From Moniliella sp. 'wahieum' (taxonomy: Eukaryota), in NCBI GenBank assembly GCA_003971905.1, contig RSEE01000093.1, positions 62,001 to 126,000 on the forward strand: a stretch of 64,000 bases of DNA, in the 5' to 3' direction. The notes below the pieces were generated by a model. The model had not been told where the DNA came from, made no database searches, and saw only the letters and a program-made list of their open reading frames with translations. Every line of letters begins with the position of its first letter. The stretch's first letter is position 1. Position numbers and translations under genes: made by a program. Shown here piece by piece: positions 1-12,446 of this stretch.

Positions 1-130
1 AGCAAGACCAAGTCTGGAGCGCAGAATGGCACTTTGCTGCCGCCTGGGCCTGGTTCCGATTGGCCGTGATCACGCAAGGCATTGCGGCTCGAAATGCGGC
101 AGGCCAGGCAAGCAGTGCCAAGGCCACCGC

Positions 131-811
131 CTATGGACGTCTGTTTCCCACCTGCGGTAATAACGCCTGGCTGATTGCGCAAGGCAAGGAAACGACCCTG
201 GGCAAACAAAGCAAACTATGAATGATATCGATCGAGTTCAGCCTGCTGAACTCTGAAAATGCATTTTTCTCGATTGTGCTAGTCAGACGAGAGTCTCCCA
301 CTAACTTGAACGGGTCTCTGTCGACGTCAGGGAGAACGTGATAATAGGGCCCGAGACCCGGGCGAGCGAGCCCAACAAGGAAGACCCAACATGATCGAGA
401 TGCGAGTCTAAATTTGCCTGTTCGCCCCACCTTCAAGTGGAGGGAAGATGGCGGTTTATTCGTCTCGTTTTCGCTCACCTCAATTATGGGAGCAATACAC
501 ATATGTTTGCCCAACCATAACGCTTACGAACCAAGGCGAAGCGACGCCCTGGATCGGAAAGGGTGTGAAGCTTGAAGACAGAGGATTGATTGTTACTGCG
601 GCTTGGCCGGGCTGGGAAATTGGACGAAGAACCACCTCTTCCTCCTGCTGGCGTCCGTTCATCTCGTCCATGTCTTCCGCGTCAATTTCGCGCTCAAGCA
701 CTTCGTATTCTACACACTCCCCCCCAATAACTCCTGAGCCAACCGAAGTGTACGCTGACCAATGCTCCTCGCTCGGCTCCGACCCAGTTGCAAGTCGCCA
801 TTCCTGCTCAT
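131..811 (-). CDS. Possible orphan gene of unknown function (spliced and frameshifted)
   Basis: TATA-like ctatatag at ~821-828 and ATG at ~811 (MSRNGDLQLG). A frameshift at a G7 run leads into ...EYEVLEREIDAEDMDEMNGRQQEEEVV; a gtaagc donor at ~527 precedes ORF 131..514. No family recognised. Confidence 0.25.
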
Positions 812-3472
812 GCCATCGCCCTATATAGGGAGAGAGGCAAAACTACCCGAGTGGGCCTGCGAGCCCAGTGTAGGATTCTATGGGTGTGTTAGTCCCATAT
901 TGTCACACTGGTGCGTCCACGCGTCCCCCACAGGGGCGAACGTCGGCGGGCAGACCACGGAGGGGGTCCCCCATTGTATAGCTCTTCACACCTATTGCCC
1001 GACGCCGCGGTGGGAGTGCAGACACAACATGCGCGATGTCTATATGAGGCCAGGTAATTAGTGAGCGAAGAAGTCTAATGACACAGGCAGCGGTCAATAT
1101 CGTCAACGTTTTTGTCAACAGACGCCGACAAGACGGAAGGGGGTCAAGCTTCAAGGTCGTACTTAGCAACAGTCACTATATCTAGGCTACTGCAGCCACT
1201 TTGACTACTCGACCGTTTTTAAAGAGCGGGGCAGGTGGGGTTGAGCCCAACCCTAACGCTAACGCTGAGAGTGCGTCAAACGTAACGCGTTAACGGACAA
1301 CCGGTAAACGTAACCCGAACCAATGCTAAGCGCTAACGAGAAAGCAATTGCACCGATCACGTGCTATTGCGTCACAATCAATGGCACCAACAGGCGGCCG
1401 ACGGGTATAATCACCTGGTCACTTCATCGTCACTGCATCCCTCTTCTCCCTACTGTTTTTGCTTCCAAAAACACAAGATCGACCACCCCGATCGCCATCC
1501 CCCCCATTGACTGGGCCCCCACCAGTTCCCACGCCAGCCGCCTCGTAGCATGTGTCTGGCACCCCATTGGCATGACATAATGTGACACACGACGGGCTAC
1601 CCTCCCGCAATAGAGTTGTAAGGCATCAGCATCACCTCGCCCCACACAGGCCCCATCCCGCATGCACCAAGTCGCCCATTTGACAGAGATGACCACCTTT
1701 GGGTACAAGAATTCATCCTGTGTCTGTGCTAGCCGAACCCGAACAACGCTGAGCGCTGAATCCGCTCTGTCTCTCGTTCACGTCATCGCGTCATTATCGA
1801 GTCGCTCTTCATAGTCAACGTTCGACGTACAACCTGTGTAACGCATGCAATAACGGAAGGCGATGACCGGGGGCGCGACCGGAGCGAGCCCTCAGCCGAT
1901 CCGAGAACAATCTGAGAGCGTTCTCCTGTGTTCCCCTCTCGGTGCAACATGCACCGCACACTGTCTGTGAAGCAAAAAGCCACTGTTTATGACGTTCATC
2001 ATATAAGACCCCCTCCCATCCACTGTGGTTCATCCCTCTATCACGGAGACAGAAGTATGAAACACGCTCTTAAAAGTGCACCTTTTCCTCCAGCGCTCTT
2101 CTCATCGAATGGGCATCGGTCCAATCCCAATCCCGCACCCAACACCATGGTCTGAGATCTGATATCAAAATATATGGGACTTCAAGCTTCACATGCATGA
2201 ATGGGCGCTCCACCGGCCAAGTGCAGTGCCGTTCCCCTCCGCGGCGTGGGTTGAACAACTGATGTTTATGAAACTCGTGCAGGAGGCCTAAGGACCTCCT
2301 CTGCAGAAGCTCCTCTGAAGCGCGTCTCGATATATATATCTTCTGTACTCAATGATTCAGGCCGTAAGCATAAGCTCCACAAGGAGAGTCTTGTCAGAGT
2401 ATATACCACCGACAGAGAGGGCAAGCAAGCATTGACTACACCAATGTGGGAGTTCGGCAGTGCTGTAAATGTGAGCGTGTGAAGATGTGGCATAGGTTCA
2501 AGTGATGCGCGTGACCAGAGAGGCTTTGAGTATCGTTTGTCAGTCTTGCCTTCAAAGATGAATGAATAGTTGCGGAAATAGCGCCAGATCTCAGATGCCA
2601 AGCATCTTAATCTTGCGCTCCATGATTCACATGAGGCCTGAGGGGTTTCAATGTGCACATGACAGCATGATAGGCCACTCTCCAATGAGAGAGAAGGTCA
2701 ATGCTGAGGGCGCTGAGGCGCTGCAGTGATGGCTGAGGCTCAGCTCCCACACCCAGCATGCAGCACTTCAAGCACCACAGTACTCAGGAATCTCGGTGCC
2801 CAGCAGGCACCCAACCTCAGGCCTCTCTGTAGCATTGCAAGTCGCAAGCGTCGCAAGCGTTTCAACAGCGTCAATAAGCATTCATGCGACTGAAGAGGAG
2901 GGGACTCGGGATCATCTCCACACCACAATAATTGGTGTTGGTATCAACGCGATCGGGAAAACATGATGGAGCGATCAGCGCTGAAGCTCCCAGATCTCAG
3001 TTCTCAGGCTGGCTCGATCAAGCTCCTCGCGTCAAGCTAAGCTTCAAGCGTCGCGTCACGTCGAGTTTATTTCTCCCGAGTGCGGTAGCCGATCGATAGA
3101 AGCCATGGATCGATGACACGCATCAGGACTCTTGAACGTTTGCACGTTGGACGTTGATGTCGACGATTACCGATCATGAGATCATCGTGGACTACAGCAT
3201 GTTTAGACGTCATCGACATCATCACAATTCGCCCATAGTCGTTCAGCGTACGTTCAGCCTTACTGTGTGCGCACACTGCTGCTGCGCCCCATACCGCCTG
3301 TTTTAAACCCTCACCCACACCCTTCTTCACGCACGCAGCTCTTGTGAACGGCCGACAACCAGATTGGGGAGCCTAGACTAGGATTCCTTTTCTCTGACAG
3401 TGTGCACGGGCACTTTCTTTCTTTTCGACGACCACATCACTCCACATTCCCTGTTGGTTCCCTGCGTAGAAC

Positions 3473-4939
3473 ATGATGTCTAAACGACAACGGCGCCGCT
3501 GCTGGCGAGCAAGTCACAACTGGAGCCAGGTGCGTCTTCGTCCTCCTCACTATGGCCGGGCTGGTTCTAACTTGAGTTTCGATCGGTGGGCGGGGGGGGC
3601 AGTTCCTCAAGTCCTTGACTTCCTTTTCAGGAGATTTGTCGGCTCTGACCGCTCCTTCTTCATTCTCTCCTACCTCGTTGCTGGAATTTTCGGCCTAGTA
3701 CGTCTTGTCCACCACCGAGAGACCTCTCTTGACACCTTTTGAGACAGTGTCGGTTGGTACTGACCTCGCTGTTCCTCTTTTCAAAAGTTGGGGAGATCAT
3801 TCTGAGGTCTTGGCATCCATCACAGAGCCAGAGGATTGCCTTGCAACGCATGCTGAACACGGTACGCGGTTTTATGTATCCACTCTCAAGGGGCGACACG
3901 GCGCGGAATGAAGAAATGGGGAGCGAAAGAAGCCCTCTCAATCCATCTTGGCGAATTGTTCATGGGAAAGTGGTCCGATACGCATCAAACGGCAAGGGGG
4001 AAACCACCCTGGTCGCAGAACAAGGTATGTTCTCTCCAAGACTCGCTCATGAGCTGACCCATCCTTGCTACACTGCCTTCTGCAATAGACATAATACGGC
4101 GCACTACCTTTAGCTACTCTCAGTCTCTCACAACCCTCCCGTGTCGGCGTACCATTTGGAAAACCCAACGGCCCACGTTTAGCGTGGAAGGCCACAATGG
4201 GCAAGCACTCACTTTTCCAAAGGGTCCATCTCTGTCAAGCAAGAGGGCCACGCCTAGTGCACACCCAACCGCCCGGGAAAGATTTCGAGGCGTACTTGAT
4301 TACGCTGCCGGAACTGTCGGTCGAGGGACTGATTACGGGCAAGCCGTACATTGAGCTGTACAACACGGCGTGCCAGATCTGCTCAGCTCGGCGGTACGTG
4401 GCCACGTTGGAATTCTCGGCAAAGGCTGGGTCAGCGGCCAAGCCCCACCAAGTGACCGTGACCGTTGCGCCCATCAAGCAACGAGAAAAGGTACTGTACA
4501 CGATCCAGGGGGACTGGACCGGTCAAATGCATTATGTCGGTCCCGGTCCTTCGGGCGCGGCGAACGAGCTGTTTTGGGATGCCAACCAGTCGCCCCGAAA
4601 GCCAATTGAGGTCAAAGACGTGGCGGAGCAGGCGGAAAACGAAAGCCGCCGCCTGTGGCAGACGACCGCCCAAGGCATCCTCTCCTCCAACTACGAGCAG
4701 CCAATCGGAGCAAGACGGCTATTGAACAAGCGCAGCGCGAGAAGCGCAAGCTTGAGGCCGAGGGCAAGTTGCCCCCGCATGAGAACCAGCTATTTCTTGA
4801 GATTGACGACGATCCCGAATATGCCACGTTGGCGGCCTATTCGGGCCACAAACCAGCCCATCAGAACACCTATCGCCGCAAGATTGCGACCAAAGGCACA
4901 GAACCAATTGATTGGTCTGGCCGTCGCTTTCCTACTTGA
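3473..4939 (+). CDS. KES1: Oxysterol-binding protein, Osh4/Kes1-like
   Basis: Spliced reading gives WSQFLKSLTSFSGDLSALTAP, EFSAYWGDH, RNEEMGSE.PLNP, EQVSHNPP, YLITLPELSVEGLITGKPYIEL, LYTIQGDWTG, ESRRLW and KTAIEQAQR, matching yeast Osh4 motifs. Introns 3530-3602, 3698-3787, 4025-4123; several frameshifts. Confidence 0.93.
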
Positions 4940-5185
4940 CACTCTGCTTCTCCTGTATGTTCCTTTGGATCGGATGCATGCGTAGTAATAGCATTATTCT
5001 CGGCTCCCGGGCAAGTGCGAACAAAGGGAGGCGAACATAGCAATGCGATGCATTCTATAATAAGCCCTAGGCGTATAGGGATTCGGAGTAGGTTCACAGT
5101 CGCAACACCCGTAGGTACGCGGCGGGTGGGGAGGGGGGTGGCGCCGTTCATTCGACTAAGCGCGGGGGGGCTCAGTTTCTTGCCT

Positions 5186-6736
5186 TTACTTGGTGCCATT
5201 GGCAAACTCGACCACCGCCCACTTGCCATTGACACGCCACCTTGGGTCTTCTGCCTCGGCCTTTTTGGCGTTATCCAAGGGCACGCCGACCAACACATTG
5301 GCCTTGTTGGTCCGGAGCGACAGGAGGGGGAACTTGCCGTTGAGCGGCCCAATAGCCGATGTAAAGGGCGTATCCACTTCCCAGAGACCGTCCGAGGTCA
5401 GCTTGCGATAGTTCAGATCGCCCTTGAAGATCACCAAGTCGCTCTTCTGCAGCTCAGCGAGCAGGGCAGGATCCTTGGGGGCAAGTCACAGTATGCGTAC
5501 GCCTCGGTCCAGAACGTCTCTTGCACCTTGAATGCCGTTTCGTCCGCAAGAGCTTCGGCCAACGTGTCGTGAATCTGGGCCGGCTGGGCGACCTTGAAAC
5601 GTCCATCGAGGAAGTACACCTTCCACCGGGCCGAAGTGCGCTTGACGGCAGAGTCGCCCTCACCTGTAATGTGCTCAAAGAAGCGCTCATCTTCTTGGAG
5701 AGCGTTGAGCGTCAAGCTCACGTCCCTCGGCACGACGTCCGACACAAACCAGGGGAACGTCTTAGGGTGGAAGACGACCTCCGAGGCAAACTGGTTGTGC
5801 ACAAGCCACTCGGCAAACGCCAAGTCCGATACCAACTCAAATCCGGCATTGTCCAAGACAAAGTCGACCCGCCCTGCTTTGCCCCCATTTTGGAGGTGTT
5901 GCGCACGCCGAGCACGCAGGTGGGCCCAGGTAGCGTCGAACGAATCAGATAGGATAAAACGCCGACGCTTCTCCCGCTCCTTGGCACCGGTTGCTTGCAG
6001 CGCCTGCAGGTCCTTGTACGACATACCCGTCAACAGAGACAGGTCCGTCGCATTGCCCCAGAGCGAAAGCTGGGCCATCTCGAGAAACAGGAGCGTTTCC
6101 GCGTCTTGCTCCTCCTTGTCATCCAAGGACCGGCCAGTCTGGGACGGCGCTAACGCAAGGATACGTTCCAGGTTTTCGGCCACAGCCTTGACACCGGCAC
6201 CGGACGATTTGAAGGCACCCATCTTGCCAGTTGCAAAGTAATCGTAGGCTGTCCAGAACTTGGAGCTGGTGAAGAAGGAGCGAAGGCGAGCATAAAGGTA
6301 ACACTCGGCAAAGAGCCTACAAAAACAAGCATGTTAGTCCAAACTGTGCATGCACTGTTCCATGCGAACAGAGTACATAGGAATTGGGAAATAGTACGCA
6401 CCAAGGGGCCGTAACCCAAGTCCAGTCGTGCGCGGCCACCATAGCATCGTAGTTCTTGGCCAAGGGCGAGCCGATCGGGGTCAAGGCCTTGCTCTCACCC
6501 AGCTCGGCGATCAAGGAGCGAATACGCTTCGCGATCTGTCCCGCTTCGGCAGCCTTGCCGGCAGGGGTCAGGCTACTGTCGGCGTGGGCCTGGTCCAGCT
6601 CCGTGAGCACGTCGGACAGGATGGAAGGCCAGCGCTTTTGGACGCTCTCCTCGGCAAAGCCACCCGGGAGGACGGCGGAGTCGAGCTTGACGGGGGGGAC
6701 CCACATCTGGGGGTCGTTGGTGGGGGGGGAGGCCAT
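5186..6736 (-). CDS. DUF89/ARMT1-family damage-control phosphatase (YMR027W-like)
   Basis: Motifs RWPSIL, APWLFAECYLY (across intron 6317-6401), LWGNATDLSLL, VLDNAGFELVSDL, HPKTFPWFVSDV, IFKGDLNYRKL. Confidence 0.93.
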
Positions 6737-7079
6737 AGCGAAAGAGAGCAACGAAGGGGGCGGCTGAGCGGGTGGTGGGGGGAGAGGAAGAGGAGAGGAT
6801 GAGGATGAGGCAGCAGCAGCAGCAGCTATGAGCTGTGCGTTGGGGTTGGGTCTCAGGCTGAGATGCAACCACTCGGCGATGCATCATCGACGTCGATCAC
6901 CGATCACCATGCATGGCGCCGCTGCATCGATGGCGTGAGCACGGGCCAGCGGCGTTGGGCCATCGCCTCCGCTCGTTTCAAATTCCATTCCGCCCGTCCG
7001 CGCTGAAGATTGAATCGAGCATTGTATTGAACGTTCAACATCATGCATGGCCCACATCATCCATCATCCATCCGCCCGA

Positions 7080-9457
7080 TGGAGTCGCCCCAAAAACCAC
7101 CGAAGCACCCAGTGAAACTTTCTGCCCCGACTCGGCTCGTCCGCGCCATCGGCCATCGACTCGAGCGCCGTGGCGGGCGTCTTCCCCTGCGGGCTCGACA
7201 TGCATGCGCCCCCCTCAGCGCCCCGGATCCGGGGTGCGCCGAGGTGTTGAACCCGCCGCTCCGCTTCGGCCTGGTCGCCTTGGCTCCCTGCTGCGACGAC
7301 CACGCGCTGTACCGCGGTGCGTACCCGCGTCCCCGCCACGCCGCTTTCCTCCGCGCGCTTGGCATCCGCACCATTGTATCTCTTACCCCCAAGCCCCTGC
7401 GCAAGTACGCCGACAGCGACCCTGCTACCCACACGCTCTGGACTACCTGGATCGAGCCGGATGGCATCACCGTCATCCACGTTCCTGCCGCCAAGGCCAA
7501 GGAACGGGAGGACGTGCCGCTGAGTCAGACGGATTTGGTGCTGGCCTTGCGAAGCATCCTCCGTGCCGACTTGGCCCCGATTTACGTCCACGATCTCGAT
7601 GGCGACTCGTCCGTTCCGCTTCTGGTGGGTGCGCTGCGTCGCATCCAAGGCTGGTCGTCCGAGGCAATCAAGGCCGAGTTGCAGCGCAGTATCAAGCCCG
7701 ATGCCTCCCCCGATGCTGAGCCGATCCCAGCTCCGTGTTGCGCTGCGTATTTGACATGGCCACCAGCCCCATCGAGCCCCCTGCACCAGCTGTGCCGTAT
7801 CCCTCCATTGATGTCGACCCCAGTCAGCTGGCCGAACCGAGTGACCCGAGTTGCGGACCGGTAGTGCTCCCCCCACCCCCCTTGGGAGCACCAGTACCAT
7901 TATCTCCGTGGCTGGTCCTTCCTCGTCGAAGTTGCCTGCCTCAGTGGCTGTGGCCTGCCCAGTCGGGCATTTCATCCATCGCAACCGACGAGGAGAATGC
8001 AGCGTCTCGAGGTAGAGATCCTGGCCGGGGCAATCTCGCGTGGAGCTCCAATTCTCTTGGTCCGTGTTGGCCAACGAGGACGAACGCTCGCTTCATTGGC
8101 TCCTGGACCCATGGGCTTGGCATGGACTGGAGAGAGGATTCGCACTGTACTGCTATGCACGGAGGAGTGATGCGTCGGGAGTGGCAGCGCCCGGGGCGTT
8201 CCCTGAGCCTCCTGCCAGTGAACGTACCCCTCTGTTGGCAGGACAGGACCTCACAGGCCGGGGACGAAGACGGATGCTACCAGAACAACCTTGGACCGTG
8301 GCCGATGCAGCTGGCTACGTCGCTGCGGCAGCTACGCAGAACCGGCTCCTTCTTCCGGTCGAACATCCTTACTTACCGCGGCTCGGCTTTGACCCCGAAG
8401 ACCCTCGCTGGTACCTCGCTCACCCCATGTCGTCGACCCACGTTCTCCGTCCTGAGTGGTAGCGCGTCTGCGCTCCACCAGCTCGGTCCGCACGCAGCCC
8501 GCTCCGCCTGTCCTGGTCGGACAAGGATCGCCCACCTCTTTCCCAACGCGCCGCACCCGCTCCACCCCACGCCTTGTCGCCCCCGATACCGATACCGATC
8601 CGATTGCCACCCGCCCGCGGTCCATCCTGGTCGCCAACGTGGGCGCCAACGAGTCTCCTCTCTCTGGCATCAGCGATTTGCCTCACCTTGCCCGCCGTTT
8701 GCGCCATGTTGGACGGGGCTGCAAGCGACGGCGGGGCCGCTTCGCACCTTGGCTCCCCTGCGTCCGAGGCAGTCGATACCGTGTCCCCAACCGGCACGGA
8801 GCGCAGTCCGATCGGCTTGGATCCTTCTGGCTTTCGGACCCAGGCCGCCCGCAAACCCGTTGGCTCCGAGTTGGACAAGCTCGTTCCGGGAGCGTGGCCC
8901 ACCTCGCCCCCCCACCAAGCGATGTTTTTCTCCCGAATCGACCGCCACCGCCACAGCTTGGGCTGTGCCCTGCGTGTCGCGTGACCTATTCTCTCCGTCT
9001 CAGCACCGGGGATGGACAAGATGCATTTGGCGCCTACGCCGACCACGAGGCCCCAGAGCGTGGAAACCATGCCGATTGTTAGCCCCCTCTCCAATGCTTC
9101 TTCTGAGCCCAGTACGATCGCCGCGCCTTCGTCCACCTTGGCTCACTCCCTGTCGGTATCAACTACGCCCCCGCTGCCTACCCGAGTCCAACATGCCGAG
9201 CCAGATCAAGCCGATCAAGCTGCACCCCAGCGTCCCGGCCCAGCCCGATCACCGCTCAATGACGAGGAGGCGCTGGACAATCTGGATGAGGAGGAGGAGG
9301 AGGAGAAGAGGAGGAAGAGGAAGAGGAAGAAGAGGAGGAAGAAGAAGAAGAGGGGGGGACTGATGATGAAGAGGAAGAAGAAGAGGACGAGGACGAGGAC
9401 GAGGAAGAAGAACATGACGACCGTGTTCTCCAAGCGCTGGACTTGGATGGGTACTGA
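7080..9457 (+). CDS. Oca6-like (Siw14/OCA, Y_phosphatase2 family) protein with long disordered acidic C-terminus
   Basis: LNPPLRFGLV..LYRGAYPRPRHAAFLRALGIRTIVSLTP and PIYVHDLDG..LVGALRRIQGW. A D/E tract is followed by RVLQALDLDGY-stop (9455-9457). Start is uncertain (ATG at 7043 or 7080); multiple frameshifts. Confidence 0.75.
9286..9412 (+). repeat. GAG/GAA/GAT/GAC trinucleotide tract encoding poly-Asp/Glu
   Basis: Visible purine-rich trinucleotide run. Confidence 0.9.
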
Positions 9458-9656
9458 GTCCCTGTTATTTGCATCGGCATGTCTGTTGCTTTTTTCTCGG
9501 GGGGAGCAATGGACAAAATGTATACTTGTCTCAATATGGGGGTGAGCAATGTCATAGCGACACAACCTCGGTATGTATAGCATGGGGATTCAGGGGAGAG
9601 CACAAGGCTGGTGTTTGTTGTACATGGAAAAGGAGATACATGAGGGGCACAACTCG

Positions 9657-10807
9657 TTAAGCGGCCAATTCTTCTCGCGTTTTCGCTTCAGCCTGAGGAT
9701 CAGGAATGGAAAGGGCCTCCAGCTTCTCTTGAGCCGCTTGGAGTGCCGATACGTTTTTGCGCCGAAGATCTTCTTCGTGAGCAGCCTGGGCAGCCTGGAA
9801 GGCCCTTTGCTCCAGTGCCATCTCAGCCTCCTCGTCGTGATGACGATTTTCGCTAATGAATTGGGTCACATCGTACTCGTCCAAGCCCACCTCGTCGGCA
9901 AACATGTCGGGATGCAGCTCGAACATTTCCCGACCAGACAGACCAGATGCTTTGGATAAGGCGGCCGTCTTGGCCGTCTTGGCCTTGGCCAAGTCCTCCT
10001 CCGCCGCCTTCTTGTCCCGCCGATCTTGCTTCCACTTGGCAAAGGACTCGGCCGTGACGGGAGTAAGGTTTTTGCCCACCAAGGCGTGGCGTTGCGCCTC
10101 AATAAAGTCCTCGAGCGAAATTTCGTTGGCCTTTTCGAGCCGCTCGCGTTCCTTTTGTTCCGAACGAAGGACAAAGCCTGGCGGAAGACGGTGACGATAC
10201 ATGCACTTCTCACCGCCATTCGGGCACTCCCAGAACCAGCCGTACTTGCCATTCTCCACGCTTGGAGGAAGTACTTGCACACCTTGTCGGTGGTCGTCTG
10301 CGGGTTGCCATGCTTGCTCGTCACGACCGACTGCAACTTGGCGTCGTCCCATCCGTCCATGGTGTCGGCCTCCTTGGCTTCGCGCTCTGCATCACGCGAG
10401 TCGACATACAAGTCCTTCTTGGCCACCTTGCGCCCGGCCTCGAGCGAATGGGCAAATTTGCACTTTTGCCCTTGGAACACACGCCCGCCCGCCAGTACTC
10501 GCACACGATCGTCTTGGGGTCCTCTCCAAACGCGGGTTTGGGCTGGACAATGGACATCTGGCTGGCCTGCTTGCGACGCTCCTTCTCGGCCTCGGCGCGA
10601 AGCTGCTTTTCGCGCTCGCGTTCCTTGTCCTTGGCGATCTGGGCCGGCGTTTTGCCCGACTGGCCCTGCTGCTGTTGGATGATCTTGACTTGTTTCTGCT
10701 GCGCCGCCCTTTTTGTTCTTCAGGCCAAACGTCTTGTCAACGGCGACTTTGGCGGGCGCATTCTGCTTTTGGTCCTTGCCGCCTTTTTGCTGCTTCTTGG
10801 GGGGCAT
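9657..10807 (-). CDS. TMA46: Translation machinery-associated protein 46 (ZC3H15/DFRP1; CCCH fingers plus DFRP domain)
   Basis: MPPKK...[75 protein letters not shown]. Confidence 0.95.
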
Positions 10808-12446
10808 GCGGCGGTGGTAGTGGTGGTGGTGTGGGCGAGCGGGACAGGCGGGTGGGTGAGCGAGTGGGGCACCGAAAAAAAGAGGAATCAAAAAGACGTC
10901 ATGCTGCCGTAAGCGACAGGGCTGACGTCAGCTGGGGGTTGTCGGTTGTCGTGTGCGGATTGAATATTGAGGGGGGCGGGGAATCGGTGCAAGAGGCAAG
11001 CCAAGTGCGGGTGGAATTGAAATTGCAGATGGGTGGGGCGATGGCGAGGGCGTGGCGGCGGGGAAGCGCAGAGCAGGCGAGGGAGCGGATGTGGGATGTG
11101 ATGCAGGCAGGGTGGCGTGGCGCTGCGCTGCGCTGGAAGGGAGGCGGTGTGACTGCCAACGCCGACAGCTCTGCATGCGCTGGGCGCTGCACCGCGCTGC
11201 AGGGTGCAGGTGGGCTGCTGCTGGCTGGTGCTGGCTGGTGCGCCGGGGCGCCACCTGCAGCCGCGGGCGCTTGTGGGGGCGGCACGGGCGGCGTGTGGGG
11301 ACCCCTGGGGCGTGGCTCCAGCGCACTGCTGCGGCGCGGGCGCTGCGCCGTGCTGGGCGTCTGCGCGGGGCTGGGGTGGCGTGGGGGGGGTGGCACGGGG
11401 GGGGCAGGGCGGGGCACAGCGCATGGGCACAATGGCAGGGCAGGGCACACGCCGTGCCAGGCTGGCGCGCTGTTTGAGTACCCTCGGCGGCACGCCTACT
11501 GAGTAGCGTGTGGGTGTGGTGCGGCCGCCGCAGCTCTCGGCAGCCTGGCTCCCGCTGGGCCTGAGCGCCCGACAGCCGCAGGCCCTCGCCAGCGCGCATC
11601 GGCCCTCGTCTGCCCGCCCAGGACCAGCCAGCCACACCCACACGCGGTGCCTGGCAGCGTCGCCTGCCGTTCGCTTGCCGTGTTGCTTGGGCGTTGCTCG
11701 CTGCGTGCTGGCTGCCCTGCTCGCTGCGTCGCCTGCTGCTCCTGCGGCCCACCATCCCCTTCTCTCCACCACCGCCGCCGCCGTCGCCGCCCCGCCGTCC
11801 CGCCCCGCCGTCGCCCGCCCCGCCGTCGCCCGCCCCGCCCCCGCCATGTCTGCAGGCGCCGCCGCCGAGACGCTCGGCATGCTCCCCCCGGCCGCCTCTC
11901 CCGCCGGCAGCACCGCTACCGCCCGCCCCCCCGCCGCAAGCGCGTCTTTGCGCCCCCCAGCCGCCGCCCGCGGCCACAGCCGCCCCTCTTGCCCCTCCCG
12001 CCCCGCCCGCCCCCCCCGTCCGTCCCAACCAGCGTCAGTGTCCGCACCAGCGTCGCCAGCACCACACCAGTCTCACCACCGACGCCAGCCCACCCCCAGC
12101 CCCCCCCACCCCCTCCCTCGACCTTACCCTGGGTCTCGCCGCCGACGACTCGCCGTCCGTCGAGGCACTCGCCTCCCCCGAGCTCTCCCATGACCCGCCC
12201 AGCGATGGCGCGCTGGATCAGAGCCTTCCGCGCCGCTGGCACTCTCCCAAACGCAGCTCCTCCGACGCTCGCGACTCGCCTCTGCTCCGCGATGCGCCCG
12301 CCCCGTGCGACTCCCCTCACCGGGCCTGCCGCCGCCGCCGAGCCCAATCATCTCGGCCTCGACCTCGGCCTGCCTTCCTCCCCCCCCACCGTGCCCGCTC
12401 CCTGCCCTCAACATCCCCCCTGGTACAGCCACAGTCGGGCGCCACA

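Noticed and set aside
1249..1340. aaccctaacgctaacgc as a telomeric repeat
   Set aside because: Only one CCCTAA unit is present; there is no array.
10888..12400. Many long overlapping ORFs on both strands, here and at 17-19 kb, 33.7-35.2 kb and 45-47 kb
   Set aside because: These are stop-poor shadow frames of very GC-rich or antisense coding DNA; they are low-complexity and show no domains.
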